From NCBI GenBank assembly GCA_003707115.1, contig PPNB01000005.1, forward strand, positions 310,001-374,000: a DNA stretch of 64,000 bases. Reading direction: 5' to 3'. Of the stretch, positions 51,556 to 62,800 are shown in pieces. A program made the position numbers and the translations under genes. The notes beneath the pieces are model-generated. The model saw only the letters and a program-made list of their open reading frames with translations. It did no database searches and was not told the origin of the DNA. This DNA comes from Tortispora ganteri. Lineage: Eukaryota. How positions within the stretch are numbered: position 1 is the first letter of the stretch; every line of letters begins with the position of its first letter.

Positions 51556-54500
51556 ATGGTGAAACCTCTGCCAAATGCCCCCACGACCCCCGAGAGGTCT
51601 CGACCCGCTCCTCCAATTCCTCCAAAAATACCTCTTGCTTATCAAGAACATATAGCAGATTCAGTATCGAGAGATCTATTGCAGAATGATCCTGAACTAG
51701 CTACTTTGGAGTACACAATACCCGTATCTGATTCAGTCTCACCCGCACATTTGCCCAGTCCAACCGTTAGACCACTGCCACCACAGCCACCAGCTCTTCC
51801 GATCGAACTACAGATTCCTCTACCACAGAGCTCAATGCAATCGAACTCATGGGAATTGCACGAAATACCAACGCCATCTTATGCGGCACCATCTCATGTC
51901 ACGCCAATAGCGCTCCCCGCACTGCCTACTATCACACAGCATCCTCGCGCTGTCTTCAGTGACTTCCAAGATGACCTGCCGACTTCCACGTCACCCTCGT
52001 TTTTATTATACGATTTGCCGCCACCTGTTTCACATGCAACAGCGAGCTCGATATCTCCTTCTGAGCACTTCGCAGTACATACATCTCCGCCCTCGGATCA
52101 GTATTTACGCGACTCGTTACCACTACCCACCTCACATCCTCACCAAGCAGCCGATGCCCCAATATACTATCACAGACCTATACCCTCGCAGAATGTGCCA
52201 GATATTGCTCAATTATACTCAAGCGTTTTCCATCATCCTCAATATGCTCCATGGGACAACCCCGATCTTGAGTATGAGTACGAAAGCTCTCTATTGGGGT
52301 CGCATCCAAATCCAACAGCTGATCTCGTATCTGTGTACGCTGGATCTGAAAGCGAAAACAACTATCCACAACAGTACAAGTCATTAAAACTGCCTTCGTT
52401 ACCGTACTCTCAAAATTCAGGATCATCCTGCTACTCACAAACAATATCCTCATTTTCTGACAAGAAACGACGGAGCCATATCCTCCGCGACGTATCAGAA
52501 AATAAAATTCAGAAGGCTTTAGAACAAATATCGCTTGAAAAAGATTACAAGGCAGTGAATGAAGGCTCTGCTACCAGAATAATGCTAATAGAAGAAGCGG
52601 CAGAATATAATACTACATCTACGGCGGATCTCTGGTCACTCAGCCACTTGTTCAAGCAGCTGTGTAGTTTTCTCGCCGACAGATCATTTACATCTGAAAC
52701 ACTGCTGACTATTATTGAAATAATGGTGCGCTCTGTTCACCCAATGATTACTTATCTGCGCAGGAGAGATATTGCTCAAAGTATTTACTCGTCACTACTG
52801 TTGTCTGATGCATTTAATCAGTTCGACGAGAATGATCTTAATCTTTTGACTATCAAGACAGAAGCAGTTCCTACAGGTGTTATCACGGCTTTGATGAGAT
52901 CTTACTCTTACTCATCAGACAGCACTCTGAGTTCCTATTCTTATTTAGATAGATTGGAATCGCCTTTATCAGATATCGAGCGTGATGCTATACTTGCTTT
53001 ACCTCGATCAAATCCGTCCTGGCATCAATTTTGGAAACTTTCTCTTGATGATTCTGCATTGACAGGTGAATCTAAAGCGGAAATGATACGGCAAAATATT
53101 ATTCATGAAATAATAACTACAGAAGAAGACTTTATTCGCGATTTAAGAATTATGACTACTGATATCTCAAAAATGTTCCATACAATACCTGCATTTAATG
53201 AAAATAGCGAATTTTCAAAAAATACATTTGAAGCAATGAAGCCTTTGCTAAAGTGCAATGTCAACAACTTGCTTATTCCCCTAAAGAGAGTACAACTTCG
53301 AGAGAAAACCTCAATATCTGCTATTGGTGATATTATGCTGGATTGGGCTAATCAAGCGAGACCTATATTTATGGCTTATGCAAAATGTTTTGTTTTTTCA
53401 TCCAGCTATATTGACAAAGAAAGAAAATTGAATACAGTTCTATCAACGCTTCTCGATGAAATAAGTATTAGAAAAGAAACCGCTCCGCAGAACTGGCGCC
53501 ATTATTTTACGCGAGTGAACTTTCGACTTCCACGCTATATACTACTCCTGGAAGCTCTTTTGAAGAAGACCAATACCGGGTTGCCTGACCATGACTACTT
53601 GAAGGAAGCGATAGTTGCTATTTCATGGATGGCTAAAGAATATGATTCTCAGATTGATAAATATGTGAACCAGAACCGCCTTGAAACTTTGGCCAACTCA
53701 CTTGTTTGGCGCCCTAAGAACTTATACGTGAATCTTGATTTGAATCTTCCTCAGAGAAAGATACTGAAAGCGGGAAATGTCAAACGACGCGGTAACAAAG
53801 GTATAGACTGGATTGATTCTCATGTGATACTATTGGACAATTACTTTCTTCTTACTAAAATTGAAGAATCTGGTAATGAAGACAGTAAATACGTTGTGAC
53901 GAAGTCACCTATTGCCATTGATTATTTAGCTATTGATTCTGCTTCTCAAATTGTTCAAAGTAAACCTTTGACAGAACAAGCTAGATTAGCAATATATAGC
54001 TCACCTGTTAGAAGCAGCAATAAACAAGGCGACAACTCTATGCACCAAGTTACCAGTATTCGGCCAGATGAAGCGCAAACTCTCTACACGTTAACTCTGT
54101 CCAATCTTGCTGATCGTCCTTCACGATTTTCTTCAAGTTTGGTACTGTATTGGAAAACAGAGATAGAGAGAAATAACTGGAAGGATGCTATCATGATTGC
54201 TAAAGAGGCGTACAATATCAACTGCCGGTCAAACCATGCCATATTCAAATTAGGATTAATATCGAACGGTGCATTATCATACGCTTCAGGAGCTCCTAAG
54301 TTAAGGGTATACGAGCGCGGTACAGCTATTGATGAAGCTCTCACTGATTGGCGCAATGCTGTTTTAGCTATCGATGAACCAGAGAAGGATACTGAGCTTG
54401 ATGATTTGAACTCAGAAAACTCAATAGACAAGCCATATTTGACGCCATTGAAGATATATTGTGCTTGCTCTGTTGAGCTTCCAGGTAAGGATGGGACAGC

Positions 54501-55653
54501 TCTATTTTTTGGACTCTCAACTGGTTTATACGTGAGCCCTGGAAATCATCCATCTAGATGGAAGCCGTGTTATATCAATAACTTCCACAACCTGACTCTA
54601 GTATATAGCTTGCAGTATATCCAGGAACTTCGAACCATGTTTATGATAGCTAACGTTAACGGCAAATGCATGTTTTTAGCTTATCCTATTGGCGCACTTT
54701 GTCCTGTTGGTTACATATCGGTTAATGCTTCACGTGAACCTTTGGAGAAATCTTTGGGTGTTGATGATGAACTCATAACCTCAAGCCTAGGTCTTTCTGC
54801 GTTTAAGCTTGCTAAATCTCACGCATCTGGATACTTCAATGTTGCTAAAGTAAATGGTCGTTGGCTAGCGTTTCATGGTCATCGAGATAAACTGAATATG
54901 TCGGGGACCATACATACAGTTTTTCGGGTGGTGTTGGATTTAACCAACAGTAAAGACGAATTAAAAAGCACTATTGATTATGTTACTCCTTCGTGTATTC
55001 ATCATTTTGCTATTGATGACGAGTTCACCATTCCTCATAATTGTGCAGACATTAATTGTTTTGCGGGTCCTACTGTTATTGTTAATGGACGCACAAAGTT
55101 TTTTCTGTACAATGTTGACACCAAACAGTTGAGATCTATTCACGAGCAGTTTTCGCTTGGATTAGACAATATTAAGCGGTATATTGAATCTGGAAAACCG
55201 TGCGCTGTTTTCAAAATAGGTAAAAATGCCTCTTCTCTATCGCTTGGTGTGCCTAATGACAAATATGTACGGCCTCGTTCGAACAGTAAAGGGGAATTCT
55301 CGAGCCCGAAATGTGAACTCTTAATATGCTACTCTACATGTGCTGTGTTTGCAGATAGGTTTGGAGATATAGTGTCAAATACGTGTATTAGATTTGCAGG
55401 ATATGCGAACCATGTTGCCTATAAATTTCCTCATGTGTTTGCATTTAGTGCAGAGTTGTTAGAAATATGGGATATTTCTACACAAAAACTGGTTCAGGTT
55501 GTGACAGGGCGAGACATGAACTGTCTTTTATCCAATAATCAAACACTTAGAGGATATTCTGTTGGTACAGAGAGGATTATTGGCCGTATGGCGCACCCTT
55601 TAGCGGCAGAAAAGTACATTATTTTTGAGTTGCAGCCTATAAGGCGCAAATGA
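51556..55653 (+). CDS. TUS1: Rho1 GEF with DH-PH-CNH architecture (Tus1/Rgf3-like)
   Basis: RQNIIHEIITTEEDFIRDL, RLPRYILLLEALLK, VILLDNYFLLTK, CNH-like end; Pro-rich N-terminus. Confidence 0.75.
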   Translation: MVKPLPNAPTTPERSRPAPPIPPKIPLAYQEHIADSVSRDLLQNDPELATLEYTIPVSDSVSPAHLPSPTVRPLPPQPPALPIELQIPLPQSSMQSNSWELHEIPTPSYAAPSHVTPIALPALPTITQHPRAVFSDFQDDLPTSTSPSFLLYDLPPPVSHATASSISPSEHFAVHTSPPSDQYLRDSLPLPTSHPHQAADAPIYYHRPIPSQNVPDIAQLYSSVFHHPQYAPWDNPDLEYEYESSLLGSHPNPTADLVSVYAGSESENNYPQQYKSLKLPSLPYSQNSGSSCYSQTISSFSDKKRRSHILRDVSENKIQKALEQISLEKDYKAVNEGSATRIMLIEEAAEYNTTSTADLWSLSHLFKQLCSFLADRSFTSETLLTIIEIMVRSVHPMITYLRRRDIAQSIYSSLLLSDAFNQFDENDLNLLTIKTEAVPTGVITALMRSYSYSSDSTLSSYSYLDRLESPLSDIERDAILALPRSNPSWHQFWKLSLDDSALTGESKAEMIRQNIIHEIITTEEDFIRDLRIMTTDISKMFHTIPAFNENSEFSKNTFEAMKPLLKCNVNNLLIPLKRVQLREKTSISAIGDIMLDWANQARPIFMAYAKCFVFSSSYIDKERKLNTVLSTLLDEISIRKETAPQNWRHYFTRVNFRLPRYILLLEALLKKTNTGLPDHDYLKEAIVAISWMAKEYDSQIDKYVNQNRLETLANSLVWRPKNLYVNLDLNLPQRKILKAGNVKRRGNKGIDWIDSHVILLDNYFLLTKIEESGNEDSKYVVTKSPIAIDYLAIDSASQIVQSKPLTEQARLAIYSSPVRSSNKQGDNSMHQVTSIRPDEAQTLYTLTLSNLADRPSRFSSSLVLYWKTEIERNNWKDAIMIAKEAYNINCRSNHAIFKLGLISNGALSYASGAPKLRVYERGTAIDEALTDWRNAVLAIDEPEKDTELDDLNSENSIDKPYLTPLKIYCACSVELPGKDGTALFFGLSTGLYVSPGNHPSRWKPCYINNFHNLTLVYSLQYIQELRTMFMIANVNGKCMFLAYPIGALCPVGYISVNASREPLEKSLGVDDELITSSLGLSAFKLAKSHASGYFNVAKVNGRWLAFHGHRDKLNMSGTIHTVFRVVLDLTNSKDELKSTIDYVTPSCIHHFAIDDEFTIPHNCADINCFAGPTVIVNGRTKFFLYNVDTKQLRSIHEQFSLGLDNIKRYIESGKPCAVFKIGKNASSLSLGVPNDKYVRPRSNSKGEFSSPKCELLICYSTCAVFADRFGDIVSNTCIRFAGYANHVAYKFPHVFAFSAELLEIWDISTQKLVQVVTGRDMNCLLSNNQTLRGYSVGTERIIGRMAHPLAAEKYIIFELQPIRRK

Positions 55654-55762
55654 TGAAATTACGAACTTATTTACAAATGATTGCGATACTGTAGTTAGCA
55701 TACTTTAACATAATAGTCGTCGTTATTAGAGGAAATATATATCCTTCTTTTTTGGGTCAAAG

Positions 55763-56932
55763 CTATTTCATTTTCGGTTTGTCGTTTTTCCAGGAACCTT
55801 CAAAAACATGTTGGACAAAGGCAAGAGGATGATCAATATCTTGAGCTCCCATTTGCTTTACACCAGGAGAGAACGATGTGATTGGTAAAACTAGGACGTC
55901 GGCAAAGAGAGTTGGTTCTGTTAGTCCAGTGAAGTTTTCAATGCCAACAGCAGATTTAAGGCCACTTTTGACGGGATCATTGAGATATTCAAAGACTGAA
56001 TCTGTCCATGAGCCCGGACCTGTCCATTCCATAATATCGCTGCCGAAAGATTTGCCCTTTGCAAGCAGGAGGTTGCCGTTATTCTTCCTAGTGAGATACT
56101 CGTCTGTGATTTTAGCGACAATGTCTCTAAGTACCGGGTGACCTGGTTTGGCCTGAATAGTCCATTGACAAAATTGTATTCTGCGAGCGTACCAGTCTTT
56201 CCAGTCTGGTCTATCTGGATCAGCTTCGATGCCTATGACGAGTCCTATTTTACTTGCGTCCATTTCGACTGGGATCCAGTCAAGGATAGGTTTGAGGTCG
56301 AAAGTGTCTATATCGGTGTATATACCGCCGCGGGCAAGAAGAACAAGATATCGGAAGAAGTCTGCTCGTAGGATCGGGGAGGGCATTTTCTCGTATGCTT
56401 CAACCACATTAGGCATGTGTACATAAAGGTTTCTGATCAGTGCGAGGGATGTTTCATCTGTGAGGACTTCATGAACAAAGTCAGGGTTAAGTACATCCCA
56501 TGACTTAACTTCATCTTTTCGTTTAAATTCCGGGTGGGTTGGACGTAGTTTAGCCGTTTGCCATATAAATGAAGGAAAATAGCTATGTGGTTCATAAGGG
56601 AACTGGTATGCTAACTGTTCGCGCGGAGATAGGCCATCTGGCGGTCGACGGAGCTGTGCAATTTGTCGGTTAAGACGATTTTTTTCTGTTTCAAAAGAAA
56701 TACGTTCGCTTTTAATTATATCGCGGACTTTTCGAAGTTCTTGGTCTTTAGCCAAAAGTTGTTTTGAGCAACTTTTAAGCTCGCGCTGCGAAATTTGTTC
56801 AGCTTGCCTACGAAACTGCGCACTTGAGTAAAAAATATAGGCGCCAAACATTATAATAAGACATACTGTAAAAAAAAGATTTCTTTTAGATGAAGGACCG
56901 CTAGAGAGGCGGACGCCTTTGAATGCGGCCAT
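55763..56932 (-). CDS. OCH1: Golgi alpha-1,6-mannosyltransferase, GT32 (Och1/Hoc1 family)
   Basis: Type II TM, IWQT, ADFFRYL, GGIYTDID, GIEADPDRPDW..WYARRIQFCQWTI, VLPITSFSPG; OCH1 versus HOC1 not resolved. Confidence 0.8.
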   Translation of the reverse strand: MAAFKGVRLSSGPSSKRNLFFTVCLIIMFGAYIFYSSAQFRRQAEQISQRELKSCSKQLLAKDQELRKVRDIIKSERISFETEKNRLNRQIAQLRRPPDGLSPREQLAYQFPYEPHSYFPSFIWQTAKLRPTHPEFKRKDEVKSWDVLNPDFVHEVLTDETSLALIRNLYVHMPNVVEAYEKMPSPILRADFFRYLVLLARGGIYTDIDTFDLKPILDWIPVEMDASKIGLVIGIEADPDRPDWKDWYARRIQFCQWTIQAKPGHPVLRDIVAKITDEYLTRKNNGNLLLAKGKSFGSDIMEWTGPGSWTDSVFEYLNDPVKSGLKSAVGIENFTGLTEPTLFADVLVLPITSFSPGVKQMGAQDIDHPLAFVQHVFEGSWKNDKPKMK

Positions 56933-57353
56933 GAGTGTTTAGTTTGACTTAGGCGTCAAAAGCAGGGGGTGGCTAGGTATGCAGGTATGGAATCGTAGCC
57001 TGTGAATGACAGTGAATGATAGAGTAAAATGCACAATAATTATAGCTGAAAGTATAAATAATAATAATTTTCAATAAATCTGTGGTGTCTTATTGACCAC
57101 CTCGTTCTTCGATTTATTGAAGAAATGCTGTTACAATCTTAGCTCTCGTGACACTGAAATCTTTGAATCGAGGCTTTAGTCAAAATAGAGTTTTAGTCAA
57201 TTACGTCGCTCAATATTGTTTTCAAATCTCTTAAAGTTGACTACTTCATATATACATTTCAATCATATTAGAATGATTCATATATGAAACATTTATATGT
57301 GTAACATTCTACAGAAATATATAATAGTTAACTGTCTATATGACAGAATTAAA

Positions 57354-57401
57354 TCTGGTATCTCTATACTCGGGTCTGATATCTCTATACTCGGGCCTGA
57401 T
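57354..57401. repeat. 21-bp tandem repeat x2.3 (TCTGRTATCTCTATACTCGGG)
   Basis: Two near-identical copies in the OCH1/RCH1 divergent intergenic region. Confidence 0.85.
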
Positions 57402-58107
57402 CCAGTATAGCCCCATCACATGGAATTACACGCCACCGCATGCAACTTCTAAATATTTATTACTTTTACTAAAAGAAATCATAATATCAATAGATATGTT
57501 ATATGATGATCATTGATACGAATACATGATACAATCCTGAGACTGGTCGTGCCCCCTTGGTCAACAACTATACCGAACTCTTACGACACCCATTTACTAA
57601 CTCAACTTTGCATTATAGATACAACTAGAATTCTGATCATCGTTCATTGCCTGTTTTCCATTTCGTGATCAAATTCATGCTCGATTTTCATTTTCTACAA
57701 ATACAGACTGTACCCCTTTTTGTGTTCGATAATAAACTTTCTATTAGTCTATTTTGACATAAGCTTATTTCTTCGCCCTTTTTGGCACTAATACTTGTTA
57801 TACTCGCATATCTACGCTGAACTCTCAAACTATGTCTATATCGTCATTAATCTATACATTTTCCAGCTTTCTCGCTACAGTTCAACACGCTAGTACTGCT
57901 ACTACTTTGACATACACTCTCAGGCCCTAACCTTGTTCCCTATAGCAACGATATGTCCTAATCCCGTTACTTGAATAAGTCATCGGTATATACTGTTACT
58001 CATCGCTTGACTTATATCTGTTTGACGACCTAAACACCTTGCAAAGTATACATGAGTTAAATAATAAATAGTCATATATACTGCACATCGCTTACTTAAT
58101 TTGCAAA

Positions 58108-59316
58108 ATGACCCCGCTTAGCGAAAAATTCAGATCAAATATGAAAGCGGTATTGTCCTTCTTGCTCAATCTTGTGGGGAAATTCTGGATGGTTATTGCT
58201 ATTGGTATATTTATATTACTTGCATGGCTCTTTCCTTCTGTTGGAAAGACAGACGGCGCAATTCAATCTCAATATACTATCTCTTATCTTGGTGTCGCCC
58301 TCATTTTTTTCTTCACTGGCCTCGGAATTGACCCCAAACTACTATACAAACATCTTAAAGACTACAGACTGCATCTTCTATTACAGATATACTGTTTTCT
58401 ATTTACATCTGCCGTCATATATGGCCTAGTAATGGCTATTGTAGGTTCAGGCACAATGAAAATAGATCCGCTTATATTGGTCGGTCTTTTAGCTACAGGA
58501 TGCTTACCAACCACCATAGGGTCTAATGTGGTCATGACCAGAGCGGCTGACGGTGACGTTGCCGCTACTGTCATAGAACTCCTAATAGGAAATTTGATTG
58601 GTCCATTCCTTACTCCGGTGCTTCTTTTCGATATGTACCTCGACAACGCTGGCTACCTGTCCCAATACAAGCCGTCCGGCTCTGGAAACAGTCTTACTAC
58701 CGTATACCGGCATGTCATGATGCACATGGGACTATGCTTGTATATTCCTATTGCTGTCGGCTTAACTATTCGCGCATTTTTTAGCAAACAAGCAACATGG
58801 GCGTGCACCAAGTTATACCTAGCCAAAGTCAACACCTTCATCCTTACACTGCTCATATGGATGACGTTCTGCAACGCCTTTGCAGACGGAGCGATCTACA
58901 AATTATCAACAGAATCAGTCCTGGTAATGGTTTTCCTTTCTTTGGGACTTATTGCGCTTTTCTCGATTCTGATCTTCCTCATTTCTTACTACCCGCCCAA
59001 ATCTAAGTTTATTGCAAAGTTCTGGCCCGGATTTGACGACAAAGTCATCGTCTCTCTAGCATTTTGTGGACCCGCCAAAACGCAAGGACTCGGAATACCG
59101 CTGGTATCGTCCATGTGGGCCAATGAAAATCCCGGATTTGTATCAACTATCCAATTACCGATAGTCCTTTATACGACCATGCAAATCTTTGTCGCTAACT
59201 TTAACGTTCTAATCTACAAATCCTGGATTAAACGGAGGAAGCGTGATGCTGAGCTAAAAAGTGTTCCTTTAGACGCTCGCCAAGCTGATTCAGTTGATTC
59301 AAACGCCAGCCGATGA
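58108..59316 (+). CDS. RCH1: SBF/SLC10A7-like transporter (Rch1 family)
   Basis: VALIFFFTGL, GCLPTTIGSNVVMTRAADG, IGNLIGPFLTP, FCGPAKTQGLGIPLV. Confidence 0.85.
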   Translation: MTPLSEKFRSNMKAVLSFLLNLVGKFWMVIAIGIFILLAWLFPSVGKTDGAIQSQYTISYLGVALIFFFTGLGIDPKLLYKHLKDYRLHLLLQIYCFLFTSAVIYGLVMAIVGSGTMKIDPLILVGLLATGCLPTTIGSNVVMTRAADGDVAATVIELLIGNLIGPFLTPVLLFDMYLDNAGYLSQYKPSGSGNSLTTVYRHVMMHMGLCLYIPIAVGLTIRAFFSKQATWACTKLYLAKVNTFILTLLIWMTFCNAFADGAIYKLSTESVLVMVFLSLGLIALFSILIFLISYYPPKSKFIAKFWPGFDDKVIVSLAFCGPAKTQGLGIPLVSSMWANENPGFVSTIQLPIVLYTTMQIFVANFNVLIYKSWIKRRKRDAELKSVPLDARQADSVDSNASR

Positions 59317-59411
59317 GTTAACCTTGCCGATACCGCGGTCTTCTCATTTTAATGTTCTACATCTTCCCAATTAGGAAGGTCATTCCTGTGTGCCTTTTTA
59401 GAGTTGCCTTC

Positions 59412-59806
59412 CTTATCGCCTACCTGACCTTCTTCATGGCCATTGCAGAAGCGCTTTCTCAATTATCTAATATATTCAGAATAGTAGCTGGCCGGAGAAT
59501 ATTATGGCGATTATTCAAATTGAAATCGTTCTTGTGCTTCCTAAGTTTTCCCGATAATTTTTTGGCTATGCTGCTCCGAAAGCACACATGAACTTTAACT
59601 TATGTCCTTATCTGACTTTACGGCAACCTTATCAACCCAATCAGATGTTAAAAACTCCGAACCTCAGGCTCGACGACGCTCACTATTTGTCTTTCCATAA
59701 CTGCCTTTCTAATACATCTTTGGCGTCTATTTGACTTTAGTCTATCTCTTCGGGTCTTGCCTTAGGTGGGAGAGCACTATCTTGGGAAATTTCAACTATA
59801 TAAATA
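59412..59806. promoter_or_regulatory. GATA-site-rich promoter with CCAAT and TATA box upstream of the urea-carboxylase-like gene
   Basis: CTTATC at 59412, 59607, 59628; TTATC 59463; GATAA 59553; CCAAT 59637; TATATAAATA 59797. Confidence 0.55.
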
Positions 59807-59858
59807 CTCTACGGACATTTCGGCCGCATACCATTATCTATATTCACATTTACCGCCG

Positions 59859-62800
59859 ATGTCTTTCTCTACGCTCAAAACTGTTCTCATAGCTAATCGT
59901 GGTGAGATCGCGCTCAGAGTTATCAATTGCTGCAAAGCCCACGGACTTAAATCAGTTGCTGTTTACTCCAAGGAGGACTCTGATTCGCTCCATGTATCGG
60001 AAGCAGATGAAGCTCATTTACTACCAGGCACAGGCTCTGCCGCCTATTTAAACACTGAAGTGATTATACAAATTGCAAAAGAGACAAAAACAGATGTAGT
60101 TGTCCCCGGATATGGTTTCCTTAGTGAGAACGCTGAATTCAGTGCCGCGTTGGCTTCCAATGGGATCGGCTTCGCGGGCCCTGATGCTGATTCAATTGAG
60201 AAATTTGGTCTCAAACACTTTGCTCGTGAACTCGCCGTTAAAGACAAAGTTCCGGTTGTCCCCGGATCTGAGCTCATTGAAACAGAAGAAGAGGCCGTCA
60301 AATTTGCTGATTCAATTGGCTACCCTATTATCCTTAAAGCTACTGCTGGCGGTGGTGGTATGGGACTTCGCGTATGCTTCACTTCCCAAGAGCTCACCGA
60401 GAATCTTTCGCAGATCAAGAGCCGTGGTGAGACACTTTTTAAGAATTCTGGTGTTTTTATTGAGAAATACGTGCAAAATGGTCGCCATATCGAAATACAG
60501 GTTTTTGGCAACGGTGCTGGCGATGTAATCGCCGTCGGCGAACGTGAATGCTCTATACAACGAAGACATCAGAAGGTCGTCGAGGAGACCCCTAGCCCTT
60601 TTATTGCTCATCCTAACTATAACAATGCTCAATTGCGTGAGAAGATGAGCAAATGTGCTATTGCTCTATTATCCTCTGCGAAATATAAGTCTGCAGGTAC
60701 GGTGGAATTTCTGGTTGATGACGATACTGCAGAATTTTACTTTCTTGAGGTTAATACTCGCCTTCAGGTTGAACATGGTATCAGTGAACTTTGCTATGGT
60801 GTTGATTTGGTATATATGATGCTTCTGCAGGCAGATTACGAACTCTCCAATAAGGGTGGAATTCCTGCAGATCAACTGAAGTCATTCATTGACATTGTCC
60901 CTGGAAAGTCAATTGCCGAACCAAAGGGACATGCAATTGAGGTACGCGTATACTCTGAAAACCCCGTGAAAAACTTCCAACCCTCTCCTGGAGTTTTGCA
61001 TAATGTAGAATTTCCCCCAACTGGAAAAACTTCCAAAGGCGTGGTTCGCATTGACCATTGGATCTCAACAGGATGCAAAGTTTCGCCTTATTTTGATCCC
61101 TTACTCGCTAAGGTGATGGTCTGGGCTCCTACGAGAGATGAAGCGATCACATTGATGACTGAAACTCTGGCTGCAACAGTTATACAAGGCCCTCCTTTGA
61201 ACTTGGAATACTTAAGACAAGTCATTGCTGACCCTCACTTTTCTTCCGGAAATACATTAACTAGTTTCTTGGATAAAAAGTTCACTTTTGAGCCCAAAAT
61301 GATCGAGTTTCTTTCCAACGGTGCTTACACTACCGTGCAAGATCTGCCTGGAAGAATTACCTGTAATGGCGGTATTCCTCTTTCTGGCCCTATGGATAGC
61401 CTATCATTTACTACTGCTAATTCTCTTGTTGGTAACCCCGTTGAAACTGCAGCACTTGAAATAACTTTTGCTGGTCCTTCTATTTTGTTTCACTCGGCAT
61501 CAATAATTAGCTTATGTGGTGGTACGTTTGATGTGACTATTGATGACGAGGAAGTGCCTATGTGGACTACCCTGTCTATTGCCAAAGGATCGAAGCTTCG
61601 TATTGGCAAGGCTTCGGACAAAGGTTGTCGTGCTTATCTGGCTATTAAAGGTGGCCTTCCCGGTGTTGCTTTTTACTTGGGATCGAAAAGTTGTACTCCT
61701 ACACTTAATCTCGGAGGCCACCAAGGCCGTATTATTCTTCCTGGTGACTGCTTGGACATTGAAGCTCAAGAATCTGACACTAAAACTTCTGTCGTGTACA
61801 CACTACCTACTAGATGTATTCCGCCGTTCACCGAGCCTGGAAAAGTGTGGACTATTAGAGTTATCCCTGGTCCTCATGATACTGAAGAAATTTTGTCAGA
61901 TGAAGGACGTGCTATTATTTATGAATCAGATTGGGTTGTGAACCACAACTCTAACAGAGGTGCTCTCAGATTGGATGGACCTAAGCCGAAATTTTCAAGA
62001 ACAGGAGGAGGAGACGGTGGTCGTCACCCCAGCAACATTTTGGAATATGGCTATCCTACCTGTGGACTGAGTTTCACTGGCGATTCTGCTATTCTTTTTG
62101 GTGCTGATGGCGGTACCCTGAGTGGATTTATTTGTGTAGCCGTTCCAGTCGAGTCGGACTGGTGGAAGTTCGGTCAAGCTAAACCGGGCGATATTCTGCG
62201 ATTTACTCCTACTTCTCGTGTCGCTGCTATACAACTTAAGCAGAAAAGATTAACGTGGAACAAATATATCGCTACTCTACCTTCTGCCGAGAATGCTAAA
62301 GCATTCAATGATGAAGCTTATTCCAATGTGGAAGTTGATGGCACGAGTTCTATCATGTATTCCAGACCTGCTGGTAACGATTTGCCTTTCGTTGAATATC
62401 GGCGTTGCGGTGAATCAATGATATTAGTTGACTTCGGCATTCTTGATTTTGATTTAATGAATAATGGCAGACAGTATGCAATGGATCTTGCTCTTCAGAA
62501 GTTGCCGGAATCCTCAAAGGCGAAGAAGGCTATATATCGTGTTGAATGTCTTAGTGGGTCGCTTAATGTCAGCTTTGACCCTCTCAAGATAGATGTGCGC
62601 GAGATGTTAGAACAACTGATGCATATTGAAAGCGCATTACCTCCATCTCGTGAACTTAAGATCCCGTCTCGCATATTTCACTTCCCTATGGTGTTTGAAC
62701 ACTCTGCACTGCGAGCGTGCATCGAAAGGTATGTCAAAACTCAAAGGCCGCATGCACCCTATCTTCCTAACAACATCGAGTACCTGATGAAGACGAGCGC

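Noticed and set aside
57503..57636. Box C/D snoRNA candidate (ATGATGA...CTGA) and nearby TACTAAC...TAG
   Set aside because: No convincing rRNA-complementary guide by eye, no terminal stem, and no good 5' splice site at normal intron distance.
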